Shown: positions 1 through 9,666, counted from the first letter of the stretch. The stretch: DNA of 64,000 nucleotides from Patescibacteria group bacterium (GCA_028716725.1 JAQUPG010000004.1:2680-66679), one strand, 5' to 3'. Numbers and translations are program-made. Notes: generated by a model not told the origin, from the sequence alone.

Positions 1-2
1 TT

Positions 3-263
3 TTAAGCACTTTGAAGACTTTTTCCTATTTTCCTTTTAAGCTGAGAATAAGCTTTCCCAAAATATTTTAAATTTTTCTCTCTTAATAGAGCGTCTCCCT
101 TTGAAAAATAGCCTTCAACATAAACTGGAACCCATGGGATATATCTTTTAGTCGAACGAGATTTTCCTTCATTATGATCTTTTAGTCTCTGCCCCAAATT
201 CGCGGTGCTGCCGATATAAAGCGAGTTATTCTTTTTACTTTTAATGATATAAACCCAATACAT
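3..263 (-). CDS. GIY-YIG nuclease family protein (small stand-alone form)
   Basis: 86-aa ORF. N-terminus MYWVYIIKS..NSLYIGST fits the GIY...YIG pattern, followed by an R..DH..G segment. A decayed paralog lies at 53586-53887. Confidence 0.8.
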   Translation of the reverse strand: MYWVYIIKSKKNNSLYIGSTANLGQRLKDHNEGKSRSTKRYIPWVPVYVEGYFSKGDALLREKNLKYFGKAYSQLKRKIGKSLQSA

Positions 264-271
264 ACATTAGC

Positions 272-288
272 GCTTAAAAGGTGCGGGG
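272..288. repeat. Upstream arm (GCTTAAAAGGTGCGGGG) of the inverted repeat bracketing the GIY-YIG gene
   Basis: The partner arm is cut by the window edge (positions 1-8, TTTTAAGC). The same 16-nt pair brackets the second copy at 53576-53591 and 53901-53916. Confidence 0.6.
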
Positions 289-324
289 TTTTATTATCAT
301 CAACCGCCCTTGGGCGTTAATGAA

Positions 325-771
325 TTATTTATTCCACCCGGCTTTAAAGCCGCGGCCGAAGTCAAAACCGAAACCGAAACCGAAACCTAATTCCTGCCTT
401 AATTTATTAGCTTCGTCATAACTGCCTTCCGACATTAATTTTTGAATTTGCACCAGTTTGGAAAATGTATCTTCATTTATCTTAGCGGAAAATTCATCAA
501 CATTTTTTTGCATTTCATCCTTTTTCTGGTTCATTAAAGTTTGCCAAGCATTATAATCATTATCGGTTAAAGCTTTAACCATTGTCTCCCGGTCAGTTTC
601 GGCCTGAGCCATAGCTTCCTGCCTGGCGGCATTATCCTGGGGAGAGAAATTCTTACCGAACTTAATCCCCATTCCCCTGCCCCCGGCCGCATAAGAGGTC
701 GCGGCTATGCCGATAACCGCGATAATCGCGGTTAAGCCGGCGGCGCCAATGATTATTTTATTCTTGCTCAT
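325..771 (-). CDS. hypothetical membrane-anchored protein with GF-repeat C-terminus
   Basis: ORF track gives 325..810 from a TTG start. I prefer the ATG at 771 (MSKNKIIIGAAGLTAIIAVIGIA, an N-terminal TM helix). Helical Q/E/K-rich body; tail GFGFGFGFDFGRGF. Confidence 0.5.
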   Translation of the reverse strand: MSKNKIIIGAAGLTAIIAVIGIAATSYAAGGRGMGIKFGKNFSPQDNAARQEAMAQAETDRETMVKALTDNDYNAWQTLMNQKKDEMQKNVDEFSAKINEDTFSKLVQIQKLMSEGSYDEANKLRQELGFGFGFGFDFGRGFKAGWNK

Positions 772-897
772 ATCTTTTTGACCCGCCGACCCTGCCCCGT
801 ACGCAGGCAAGGTAGCGGAATTTTAATAATAAACAACTCTCTGCCTATTAATACGCCCGCTTTTATTTTTTTCTTTCATCTTTCGGCTAATCTAATC

Positions 898-1701
898 TTA
901 TGGGTGGAACATCATTGAGCAGGGAGCCGGATCCGGAGAGCCGCAACCAGGCCAGGGCCTTACCTCTCTGACACGAAAATTAAAATCATCCATTGGTTCG
1001 CCAATAATTTTTATCATCTCATGCTCCGCGAAAGGAACCCACGGGGTAGTAGAGGAAATCTGCCCATGCATCATCCAAATTTTATCGTCTAAATCTTTTA
1101 AGCTAAACTCTCCCCCGCCCAAGTCGGAAATTATTCGGCCGGCCATCATCCCCCTCCCCGGATTATCCCAAATCATCCGCCGATGAAATATCAGCCGGTC
1201 GTAAAAAGGCAGCCGTTCGGAAAATACTTTATCAATCGTCCAGCCAAGCCCGACGCTATAAAAAAATATTCCCAAAAACACACTGGCCAGAATACTGCCA
1301 GCCACTAAAAGCCTCAAGGAAAAGCGATAGCCGCTCTTTGTATGTTTAAAATTATAAAAAGCTAAAGCGATAAAAGCCGCCAATAATATAAGCCAAAAAT
1401 AAGGCAAAGTGGCAAAAATAAAAGACAATAAATTACCGCTTACTTTGTCGTATAGATCCCAGTCATTATTACTCGTCATATGGATAATCACAGCCACAGC
1501 CAAAGAGCCGACCAGAAAAGACGCTCCGGCAAAGACCCAGATAACGTATTCCTTCAGGATAAATTCCCATTTCGGCTTTGGTTTTATGTGTTTTTCTTTT
1601 ATTTCGTCAAATGCCTCGCGGCTGATGTCATTCACCCCGTTAAAAATTTTTTTGTTTTCTCTTTCCACCTCGTTAGAAATTTCGTTATTTTTTTTCTCCA
1701 T
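898..1701 (-). CDS. multi-pass membrane protein, possible anti-sigma partner of the adjacent ECF sigma
   Basis: 267-aa ORF directly downstream of the sigma gene on the same strand, with a soluble N-terminus and several hydrophobic helices. The function is inferred from context only. Confidence 0.5.
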   Translation of the reverse strand: MEKKNNEISNEVERENKKIFNGVNDISREAFDEIKEKHIKPKPKWEFILKEYVIWVFAGASFLVGSLAVAVIIHMTSNNDWDLYDKVSGNLLSFIFATLPYFWLILLAAFIALAFYNFKHTKSGYRFSLRLLVAGSILASVFLGIFFYSVGLGWTIDKVFSERLPFYDRLIFHRRMIWDNPGRGMMAGRIISDLGGGEFSLKDLDDKIWMMHGQISSTTPWVPFAEHEMIKIIGEPMDDFNFRVREVRPWPGCGSPDPAPCSMMFHP

Positions 1702-1924
1702 AATGATATACTAATTTTCGCCAAGGGCACTTACCTGAAGGCAGGAATTAGCCCCTGGTTGATATTTTCCCCCGTTTACTTCTATCGAGATTTCTAACGG
1801 GGTCCATATAATATTTAATTTATTTTGCAAATCTTTTCTCTGTTAAAAATTTCCCCATTATTCGGCTGACAAAATTTTTAACGGGGTTCACCCCGCTTAG
1901 AAATCTATTTCTAACGGGGTTCAT
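1632..1924. repeat. Cluster of six copies of the motif ATTTCTAACGGGGTNCA (both orientations)
   Basis: Reverse-orientation copies at 1632-1647, 1664-1680 and 1888-1904. Forward copies at 1790-1807, 1874-1890 and 1907-1924. Read directly from the sequence. Confidence 0.85.
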
Positions 1925-1928
1925 ATAT

Positions 1929-2513
1929 TTATATTTTAATTTTTTGTCTGTCTAATTCTTCCTTAAACTCCCTCTTCGCCCTATTAATTAAAGTCGCAAC
2001 TGTGCCCATCGGTTTTTTTAAAATATCCGATATTTCCTGATAACTTCTTTCTTCTAAAAATTTTAAAACTAAAACTTCGCGGTATTTTATGTCTAAATTG
2101 GCCAAAACATTTTCTATGGCCTTTCTTAAGTAGCTAATCTCAACCCTTTTTTCTATATCCAAATCAGAGGATAAATTGGCCAGAATTTTATCATTAATGT
2201 CCATGGGTAAGTTTTGGGGCCTCACCTTTGCCTTGCGGTAATGGCTTATTACCTGGTTATGAGTAATACGATAAGCCCAGGAAGAAAATTTCAAACTTGT
2301 GTCAAAATCATTAAGATTCTCATAAATTTTTATAAAAACCTCCTGCAGAATATCTTCGGCTTCGTCGTGGCTGAAGCTTGATATTCTCAATATATAAGCC
2401 AGTAATTTCCCTTCATACCGCCTCATTAAATACAAAAAATTATCCTGGTCAGCCAGGGCCAAACTAACTAATTCTTCGTCGGTTTTTTCCCGGAAATTTT
2501 TATTATCTGTCAT
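1929..2513 (-). CDS. RNA polymerase sigma-70 family factor, ECF subfamily
   Basis: 194 aa. Region 2-like SWAYRITHNQVISHYRK and a region 4 HTH, RSYQEISDILKKPMGTVATLINRAKREF. Confidence 0.85.
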   Translation of the reverse strand: MTDNKNFREKTDEELVSLALADQDNFLYLMRRYEGKLLAYILRISSFSHDEAEDILQEVFIKIYENLNDFDTSLKFSSWAYRITHNQVISHYRKAKVRPQNLPMDINDKILANLSSDLDIEKRVEISYLRKAIENVLANLDIKYREVLVLKFLEERSYQEISDILKKPMGTVATLINRAKREFKEELDRQKIKI

Positions 2514-2577
2514 GCTTATAGTATATACCAGCTTAAACTAAAACAAAATTTCCTTCTTCCGCACCGGCTTTAGAATT

Positions 2578-3057
2578 CTATTTAGGAGAGGAAATCTGGG
2601 CAATGGCACTGGCGGCAAGGCTCCCATCCGAATTTTGGCTGCCGCTGGCCATAATCTGGTCGCCGACCTTAAGGTCTTCAGCCGAGCTTGAGGCCGATTT
2701 GGTAATAGCGGTTGAACCAGAAAGAAAAACTATTCGGGAACCGCCGTCATTAAGTTTTACCGTAACGCTCTGGTCATCCTTGGAAAGAATTTCTCCGCTG
2801 GCAAACCCGCCGCCGGCCTGCGTTGCCCTTTGCCCGCCCGCGCCGATAGCTCCTCCTTGGCTGAAACGAGCCTGGCGTTCTGCCGGTGAGAGATTGGCCA
2901 ACCCTCCGCCCGCACCCCAGCTAGCCGCCGGGCTTTTGCTTTGGCCATATTTCATTCCGCCATAAAAAGCGCCTCCTCCCATGACAACTATTAACAAAAT
3001 GATGATTGGCAATACTTTTTTCACCCCGTTAGAAATTTTATTATTTTCTTTCTCCAT
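2578..3057 (-). CDS. membrane-anchored protein with G/A-rich linker and a C-terminal beta domain (DUF5666-like)
   Basis: 159 aa with an N-terminal TM helix ([20 protein letters not shown]). The C-terminus [43 protein letters not shown] resembles DUF5666-type domains. Confidence 0.5.
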   Translation of the reverse strand: MEKENNKISNGVKKVLPIIILLIVVMGGGAFYGGMKYGQSKSPAASWGAGGGLANLSPAERQARFSQGGAIGAGGQRATQAGGGFASGEILSKDDQSVTVKLNDGGSRIVFLSGSTAITKSASSSAEDLKVGDQIMASGSQNSDGSLAASAIAQISSPK

Positions 3058-3135
3058 AATGTTTTAATATATTTTAATACTATTTGTCCCGCCAGAAATT
3101 TGGCTCCTACAGGATAGATTTCTAACGGGGTTCAT
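3021..3135. repeat. Convergent pair of the ATTTCTAACGGGGT motif bracketing the start codon of 2578..3057
   Basis: TCACCCCGTTAGAAAT at 3021-3036 lies inside codons 8-12 (ISNGV). ATTTCTAACGGGGTTCAT lies at 3118-3135. The start codon is at 3057. Confidence 0.85.
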
Positions 3136-3210
3136 AATCTCTAAAAAATCCCAAGATCCAATACGCAAATTCCAAACAATAATCAATAACTAAATTCTAA
3201 TAACCAAATT

Positions 3211-3266
3211 TTGGTTATTGATTATTAAAATTTATTTGGTTATTGGTTCTTGATTATTGATTATTA
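3211..3266. repeat. AT-rich degenerate heptamer-phased tract (NTTNTTG units)
   Basis: ttggtta ttgatta ttaaaat ttatttg gttattg gttcttg attattg attatta, just downstream of the permease stop codon. Confidence 0.6.
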
Positions 3267-3271
3267 ATAAA

Positions 3272-4498
3272 TTATTCATATCTAAGAGCATCAATCGGAT
3301 TTAACTTGGCGGCCCGGCGGGCCGGATAATAGCCAAAAATTATGCCAATCGCCGCGGAAACGCCGACTGCCAAGAGAACAGAATTTAAGGTAACAGTTGT
3401 GGTGGTACCACTGAATTTAGTAATAAGGAGAGAGGCAACCCAGCCTAAAATAATCCCAAAAATTCCGCCAATAAAAGTCAGAGCGGCTGATTCCCCTAAA
3501 AATTGCAGGCTGATATCCCGGCTTTTCGCCCCCAAGGATTTGCGCAAACCGATTTCCCTCGTCCGCTCGGTCACGGTCGTAAGCATCATGTTCATAATTC
3601 CGATGCCGCCGACCAAAAGGGAAATTCCGGCAATCGCGCCCAGAAGCAGAGTTAAAGTACCCGTAACCGAAGACATGGTATTTAAAATATCCGCCTGATT
3701 CATGATGCTAAAATCGGCCTGAGCCGCATCCGCGATTTTATGCCTCGTCAAAAGCAGACTGGTAATCTGCTCCTGGGCAGTAGCCATTGCATCTTCTTCC
3801 GCAATTTGAATATTAACAGTGTTGACAGACTTGCTGCCGGTTATATAACGCTGGGCCGTGGAAAGCGGGATATAGATTAAATCATCTGAACTGCCCATAG
3901 CAGAACCGCCTTTGCTGGCGGTTACGCCGATAATGGTAAATTCCAAACCTTCAATGCGAATTTTCCCTCCCACGGGATCAGAATTTTCTCCGAATAAATC
4001 ATCTCTGGTCGTGGGACCGAGCACCGCTACCCTGGAAACTTTATCAACTTGAGTTGTGTTTATAAAATTACCCGATCCGATTTCAACATTTTTTACGTCA
4101 GCATAAGCTTCAGTAACGCCGTAAATACTGGTATTGGTATTAGTGCCCTTAGTAGTCTTGACTTGTTTTCTGGATGAAACTGACGGCGCTATTTTTTCAA
4201 CGTCATCGATTTGCTCTTCGATTGCTTCGGCGTCTTCAAGGGTTAAAGTGCTGGCCGATCCCATGCCTCCTTTCACTACCGAACCGACATTCCTTTGGGA
4301 GCCGGGCATAACTACTAACAAGTTTGAACCTAAAGACTCAATGTTAGTTTGGATATTGAGAGCCGCGCCCTGGCCGATGGAAATCATGGCGATGACCGAC
4401 CCGATGCCGATAACAATGCCCAAAACAGTCAGAAAAGACCTCGGCTTGTTGGCCGACAGGGCGAAATAAGTCTCTTGAAATAAATCCGAAATTAGCAT
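3272..4498 (-). CDS. ABC transporter permease, MacB/FtsX family
   Basis: 408 aa. N-terminal TM helix, a large periplasmic domain, then a C-terminal FtsX-type 3-TM bundle (TERTREIGLRKSLGA..). Adjacent to its ATPase. Confidence 0.85.
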   Translation of the reverse strand: MLISDLFQETYFALSANKPRSFLTVLGIVIGIGSVIAMISIGQGAALNIQTNIESLGSNLLVVMPGSQRNVGSVVKGGMGSASTLTLEDAEAIEEQIDDVEKIAPSVSSRKQVKTTKGTNTNTSIYGVTEAYADVKNVEIGSGNFINTTQVDKVSRVAVLGPTTRDDLFGENSDPVGGKIRIEGLEFTIIGVTASKGGSAMGSSDDLIYIPLSTAQRYITGSKSVNTVNIQIAEEDAMATAQEQITSLLLTRHKIADAAQADFSIMNQADILNTMSSVTGTLTLLLGAIAGISLLVGGIGIMNMMLTTVTERTREIGLRKSLGAKSRDISLQFLGESAALTFIGGIFGIILGWVASLLITKFSGTTTTVTLNSVLLAVGVSAAIGIIFGYYPARRAAKLNPIDALRYE

Positions 4499-4502
4499 AA
4501 AT

Positions 4503-5210
4503 TTATTTAACTTTTAATCCGGAAAAATCCGTCGCTTTATCGGATACAATCACGCCATCTTTAATTTCAATAATCCGGTTAGCGTGCTCCGCCACATATC
4601 TTTCATGAGTTATTAAAATAATGGTGTGGCCTTTTTGCTCGTTTAATCTTTTAAAAGTTTCCAAAACCACATCGCCGGTTTTAGAATCTAAATTGCCAGT
4701 CGGCTCATCGGCCAAAATTAAATCCGGCTCATTGACCAAAGCCCGGGCAATCGCCACGCGCTGCATCTGTCCGCCGGATAACTGGTTGGAAAGATGATGC
4801 CAGCGGTTCCTGTCCAGCCCGGCCGCTTCCAGCGCCCCCTCCACCTTTTTCTGGCGGTCCGGCTTTGAAGTTTTACTGTCGTAAATAAGGGGAACCATCA
4901 CATTCCTTAAAACGCTGGCCCGCGACAATAAATTAAATGATTGGAAAACAAAACCGATTTTCTGTGAACGGATTTCCGCTAATTCATTATCCGAAAGCTC
5001 CAGCATATTTTGGCCAGCTAAAAAATAACTTCCGCTTGAGGGCCGGTCTAAAGCTCCTAAAATATGCATTAAGGTAGACTTGCCTGAACCGGAAGGGCCG
5101 ATGATTGCCACAAATTCCCCCTTTTTTATTTCGAAAGAAACGTCTTTCAAAACTTTAAGTTCATTTTCTCCCGTTTGATATATCTTAGTAATGTCTTGAC
5201 ATTTAATCAT
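4503..5210 (-). CDS. ABC transporter ATP-binding protein (MacB/LolD-like)
   Basis: Walker [10 protein letters not shown], signature [15 protein letters not shown], Walker [13 protein letters not shown]. Confidence 0.9.
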   Translation of the reverse strand: MIKCQDITKIYQTGENELKVLKDVSFEIKKGEFVAIIGPSGSGKSTLMHILGALDRPSSGSYFLAGQNMLELSDNELAEIRSQKIGFVFQSFNLLSRASVLRNVMVPLIYDSKTSKPDRQKKVEGALEAAGLDRNRWHHLSNQLSGGQMQRVAIARALVNEPDLILADEPTGNLDSKTGDVVLETFKRLNEQKGHTIILITHERYVAEHANRIIEIKDGVIVSDKATDFSGLKVK

Positions 5211-5338
5211 ATCAAAATAATTTCAAATCACTTTCAGCCTGCAACGTAAGCTTGCGAGCGGGCAGGTAAACGGCAAAATCCTGCCCGCGCGAGGCCTCGG
5301 CGCGGGCCAAAAATATTTGACATTTGGATTTTTATTGT

Positions 5339-7210
5339 TTACCTCATCATCATCATCATTCCTCCTCCGGGCCCTCCGGAATTCTTATCCGTACTGCTTG
5401 AATTATTGCTTGAACTGCCACTTACAGTTTGGGTTACAACTTCTTCGCCCTCTTCCAAACCGCTGATAATCTCCGTCATAGTATCATTACTTGAACCGAT
5501 GGTTACAGTCTTACTCTGCGGCTGGCCGTTGACTAAAACTTGCACATAGTTCGTCTCGCCCCGGGTTTTAACAGCGCCAATCGGCACCAATAAAACATCC
5601 TGCTTGGAATCAACTATTATGTTTACGCTTGTGCTCATACCCGGCTTTACCCTCTCATCCTGTACATCAAAGGCAACTTTGACGTTATAGCTCACTACGC
5701 CCTGACTCACCGTCCCAATAGCGTCGATTTCAGCCACTTCACCGGTAATGGATAAATCGAAAACAGCGTCAAATTCCAAAGTCGCTTTTTGCCCGGGTTT
5801 CACTTGAGCCGCGTCAACTTCGTTCAAAGTAATTTCAGCTATTTTTTGGTTAGTAATTAACGTAACAACAGCGCTGCCGCTTGAAGCGCTATCCCCTTTG
5901 GCAACACTTACTTCCGCCACCACTCCGGCAAAAGGAGCCCGGATAAAGCAATCGGCGTAATTCTGCTGGGCCTGCGTCAAAGAATTTTGTTTTTGCTGGA
6001 CCGCCAGCTGCTTATTCTTTATTTCCAGTTCGGTTGCCCCGGCTTTTAAATTAGCCAGGCTCTCTTCTTTTTCCTTAACGCTTCTTTCGGACGCCGCCAA
6101 ATCTAAGGGGTTGTTGACCCCCATATCCTGTAAATCTTTTTCGGCCTGGGAAATATCCCCCTCATAATTCTTTATAGATTGCTCGCTGGAGTTTAAGCTG
6201 GAAAGATAATTATTTACAGATGAAGTATAAGAACCTAAATTAGTCTGGTAAGTTGAGACTTTGCTGTAGGCGGAAAAACCCTTATCCGTCTGGTAATTTT
6301 CTAAATAATCCAATATATTTTTCTCAGCTTTAACCGTATCCGCCACTTCTTTCGCCGTCTCTATGGTGGCGCTCAAAAGACTTTCTATCACACTCGCCCC
6401 CGAATAACGGCTGGCGCTCTTGTAATCTTCAAGGCTGTTGTCATAATCGCTCTTGGCCTCATTATAATAACTCTGGGCTTTTTCCACATAACTTTGCATT
6501 TTTAACCTTTCATCCTCATCTCGGCCAAGAAAAGAATTTATAAAGACAGAATAATTTGAGGCCGGAGAAATGGTTATTTCGCTATCCGCTACTTCATTGC
6601 TGTAAAGAACTGCGTAAATCCCGGACATAACATTCGGCAAACCCAGAAAGGTACTGGCGATATTATTGTAGGCGTCTTCATAGGCGCTCGCTAAATTGTC
6701 CTGCGCATCCTGCTTATTTTTCAAAGTTGTCTGACGATTATTTTCCTGGGTAATTTTTAATTTTGCCAAAGAATCCCGGGTGCTGGTCAGAGAATTTTCC
6801 GCCTGCATCAAGGTTAAGGCATCGGGGGGAGCCAGAAGATCCTGCAAATCCAATTTGGCGTTTTCCAGATTCGCCCTGGCTTCATTTACGGCCTGGGCCG
6901 CATCGCGGCTGTCTATTTGGGCAATCAGATCGCCTTCCTTTACTTTCTGCCCCTTTATGACATTAACAGAAACGATATCGCCCGAGACTTTCGGCTTAAG
7001 GTCGACCTGATTTAAGGCCGAAACTTGGCCAGTGCCGGAAACGGAAGAAATCAACATCCCCTTTTCCACGGCCGAGGTCGTATAACTTACCACCTCCTCC
7101 TGTTTCGTAATTTCTTTATAACTAAAATAACCGCTGACAATAACTGCCAAAAGGATTATAGCAGCTATAACTTTGTGATTAATCACTAATTTTATTATTT
7201 TTAAAAACAT
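5339..7210 (-). CDS. efflux periplasmic adaptor subunit (HlyD/MacA family) with very long coiled coil
   Basis: 623 aa. N-terminal TM helix, a lipoyl-like segment (GDIVSVNVIKGQKVKEGDLIAQID), a long helical hairpin and C-terminal beta-barrel motifs. Tail is GGPGGGMMMMMR. Confidence 0.8.
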   Translation of the reverse strand: MFLKIIKLVINHKVIAAIILLAVIVSGYFSYKEITKQEEVVSYTTSAVEKGMLISSVSGTGQVSALNQVDLKPKVSGDIVSVNVIKGQKVKEGDLIAQIDSRDAAQAVNEARANLENAKLDLQDLLAPPDALTLMQAENSLTSTRDSLAKLKITQENNRQTTLKNKQDAQDNLASAYEDAYNNIASTFLGLPNVMSGIYAVLYSNEVADSEITISPASNYSVFINSFLGRDEDERLKMQSYVEKAQSYYNEAKSDYDNSLEDYKSASRYSGASVIESLLSATIETAKEVADTVKAEKNILDYLENYQTDKGFSAYSKVSTYQTNLGSYTSSVNNYLSSLNSSEQSIKNYEGDISQAEKDLQDMGVNNPLDLAASERSVKEKEESLANLKAGATELEIKNKQLAVQQKQNSLTQAQQNYADCFIRAPFAGVVAEVSVAKGDSASSGSAVVTLITNQKIAEITLNEVDAAQVKPGQKATLEFDAVFDLSITGEVAEIDAIGTVSQGVVSYNVKVAFDVQDERVKPGMSTSVNIIVDSKQDVLLVPIGAVKTRGETNYVQVLVNGQPQSKTVTIGSSNDTMTEIISGLEEGEEVVTQTVSGSSSNNSSSTDKNSGGPGGGMMMMMR

Positions 7211-7359
7211 AAAAAATAGCCCTGATGAGCTAAAGCTTTAATCAGGACAGCTAATTATCGAATATTTATTATATTTACAGCTCGCATTGTCCATGTTAAT
7301 TAGTACGCAAAATAAGAATTTTTCTTTTATTTTTTCTCTAAAGTTACAGTATTTTATCA

Positions 7360-8103
7360 TTAAATTTGTATCTTTGTAAAAAGATAACTGCCGATACCTA
7401 AAATTATAGTAGTAATTATTCCTAAAACCAAGAAATCCAGGCCCATACCAAAATGCGCTCCCCCCACTAAAGCCGCCCGCAAGCCGTCAATGCCATAAGC
7501 CAAAGGGTTCCCCACTAAAACATATTTGAGGGCGCTGGGCAGGCCATCGGCCGGGAATAAAGCCCCGGAAAGGAAAAAAACCGGCATAATTATAAAATTC
7601 ATTATAAGCTGGAATCCCTGCATATCTTCCAGAAGAGAAGCGATAGCCGTCCCGAGCCCGGTAAAAAAAAGGGCGATTAAAATCATAAAAACAAGAGCTA
7701 GGGGCAAGTTTAAAATATTCGGTTTAAACCCCAAGGGGATGGTAATAGCTAAAACTATAAGCCCTTGAAGCAGAGCCACGGTGGCTCCGCCTAAAGTTCG
7801 GCCGACCATAATATTAAGCCGCGAAACCGGCGCCACCAGAGTTTCTTTTAAAAAGCCGAATTGCCTGTCCCAAATAATTTCAATGCCGTTAAAAACTGCG
7901 GTGAATAAAATGCTCATGGCGATAATGCCCGGGGATAGGAAGGCTAAGTAATCGCCCTCGCCGGCTTTGGCAAAAACCGGGCCGAAGCCGAAGCCCAAAG
8001 CCACCAAAAATAAAAGCGGCTGGCCGATGGAGCCGACTATCCTGGCTTTTGAACGAAAATACCTTTTTATCTGGCGGAGCCAGAGAATATAAATAGCGTT
8101 CAT
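7360..8103 (-). CDS. ABC-2 type transporter permease
   Basis: 247 aa with six hydrophobic helices. It follows an ABC ATPase in the same operon. Confidence 0.8.
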   Translation of the reverse strand: MNAIYILWLRQIKRYFRSKARIVGSIGQPLLFLVALGFGFGPVFAKAGEGDYLAFLSPGIIAMSILFTAVFNGIEIIWDRQFGFLKETLVAPVSRLNIMVGRTLGGATVALLQGLIVLAITIPLGFKPNILNLPLALVFMILIALFFTGLGTAIASLLEDMQGFQLIMNFIIMPVFFLSGALFPADGLPSALKYVLVGNPLAYGIDGLRAALVGGAHFGMGLDFLVLGIITTIILGIGSYLFTKIQI

Positions 8104-8121
8104 ATCATTAAACTTATTAGT

Positions 8122-8910
8122 TTATCTGTGCCACATTTTTCGCCGCTGGCGAAGATGGTCAATGGCGCCAGCCTCTTCGTCGCGGATGCCATGACCGGTC
8201 AGTTCAATAAAAGCGTCTTCCAAAGAATCTTTGCCGGTTTTTTCTTTAAGTTCGCGGGGCGCTGCCTTAATAATTATTTTACCATGGTCAATAACGGCCA
8301 CCTGGCCGGCCACCCGATCCGCCTCTTCCATATAATGAGTGGTAAAAAAGACGGTGATGCCTTCTTCTTGGTTTAAATTCTTAATATATGACCAGATATA
8401 ATTCCTGGTTTGCGGGTCAAGCCCGAGTGTCGGTTCGTCCAAAAATAAGATTTTCGGATGGTGCAGAAGGCCGCGGGCAATTTCCAAGCGCCGCTTCATT
8501 CCCCCGGAAAAATTTTTAACTAACTCCCTTCTTCTTTCCCAAAGTTCCACCATTCTTAAAAGCTGCCCTATCCTTTCCCGCCTGATTTTTTTCGGGATAC
8601 TGTAAAGAACGCCGTGAAATTCCATATTCTCAAAAGCGGTTAACTCATCATCCAGGCTTGGGTCCTGGAAGACAATGCCAAATGAGTGGCGGGCCTGATT
8701 CGCGTCCTCGACCACATCTATCCCATTTAACATAATTTTTCCACTTTCCGGCTTTAGCAAGGTGGTAAGCATTTTTATAGTCGTGGTCTTGCCTGCCCCG
8801 TTCGGGCCCAAAAAAGCAAAAATTTCTCCCTTCTCAACAGAAAAAGAAATATTATCAACGGCCGTAAAATCACCGAATTTTTTCGTTAAATTTTCAACCT
8901 GAATTATCAT
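8122..8910 (-). CDS. ABC transporter ATP-binding protein (DrrA-like)
   Basis: Walker A GPNGAGKTT, signature FSGGMKRRLEIARGL, Walker B LFLDEPTLGLD. I chose the start at MIIQVENLTKKFG (8910) to avoid overlapping the upstream gene. Confidence 0.85.
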   Translation of the reverse strand: MIIQVENLTKKFGDFTAVDNISFSVEKGEIFAFLGPNGAGKTTTIKMLTTLLKPESGKIMLNGIDVVEDANQARHSFGIVFQDPSLDDELTAFENMEFHGVLYSIPKKIRRERIGQLLRMVELWERRRELVKNFSGGMKRRLEIARGLLHHPKILFLDEPTLGLDPQTRNYIWSYIKNLNQEEGITVFFTTHYMEEADRVAGQVAVIDHGKIIIKAAPRELKEKTGKDSLEDAFIELTGHGIRDEEAGAIDHLRQRRKMWHR

Positions 8911-8923
8911 AAAATTATTTAAA

Positions 8924-9544
8924 TTATTCAAAAAATACGGGAATCTCCAAAGCATCGTCATTCTCCGGCAAGCCGGAAGGATTGTCTTTCTTTAGGATTA
9001 AAGCCCCGTTGTTTTTATAAGTCGGCTTGCTGAATTCTAAAGTGGCGGTAAACGGCACAAAATTTTCCATCATCCAATCTGCTCCATCTTTGGTTGCGGC
9101 TATTCCCTGGGCAATTATTAAACCGTCCCAGTCAACCAAAAAAACCGGAAAGCTCGCTTCAAAAAACCAATTCCCCCGCGCCTGCCCGGTTATAGATAAA
9201 GGACTTTTCACGACCTGGTTAGGCCGGGGCGAATCAATCCTGATTAAATCCATTTTTTCCAGCTCATTGCCAACGTCCTCAGCAAAAGTCTCTCCGCCAG
9301 CCCGGCATTGCCGCGGGTAACTTTCCATTATCGGATTGCCGGCGGCCAAGCATTCGGAAAAATTCGTAACTTCTTTTTCCCCGCACGGTCTTTCCGGCTT
9401 AGACGCGCTCGGGTTGCCGTGCTTTACCCATTTGCCACCTGAGCAAACCCAATCGTCTTCCGGGCCACCAAGGATAAACCTTAGGCTAAAAACAGCCAAA
9501 AGAATCAAGATAACAATCCCTAAAATCTTTAAAATTCTCCCCAT
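8924..9544 (-). CDS. secreted Gmad2-like immunoglobulin-fold domain protein
   Basis: 206 aa with a signal/TM N-terminus. The C-terminal SPRPNQVVKSPLSITGQARGNWFFEASFPVFLVD...GALILKKDNPSG pattern is typical of Gmad2/GerM-associated domains. Confidence 0.6.
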   Translation of the reverse strand: MGRILKILGIVILILLAVFSLRFILGGPEDDWVCSGGKWVKHGNPSASKPERPCGEKEVTNFSECLAAGNPIMESYPRQCRAGGETFAEDVGNELEKMDLIRIDSPRPNQVVKSPLSITGQARGNWFFEASFPVFLVDWDGLIIAQGIAATKDGADWMMENFVPFTATLEFSKPTYKNNGALILKKDNPSGLPENDDALEIPVFFE

Positions 9545-9637
9545 AAATAAATATGATTAATTTTCTGCGCCGGAAATCGTCCTGTTCCTAAAAGTCATTA
9601 TACCATAGATCGGAAAAAAATCCTTTTTTGCCCCGAA

Positions 9638-9666
9638 TTGACTTTATTTTTTAACCGATTTATAAT
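9638..9666 (+). promoter_or_regulatory. sigma-70-type promoter for 9718..10884
   Basis: TTGACT, 17-nt spacer, TATAAT. An AAGGAGG RBS precedes the ATG at 9718. Confidence 0.55.

Noticed and set aside
5339-5375. C-terminal GGPGGGMMMMMR tail of the HlyD-like adaptor (ATG/CAT triplet run)
   Set aside because: It is a curious low-complexity tail, but it is short and has no evident functional implication. It is probably a tolerated trinucleotide expansion.
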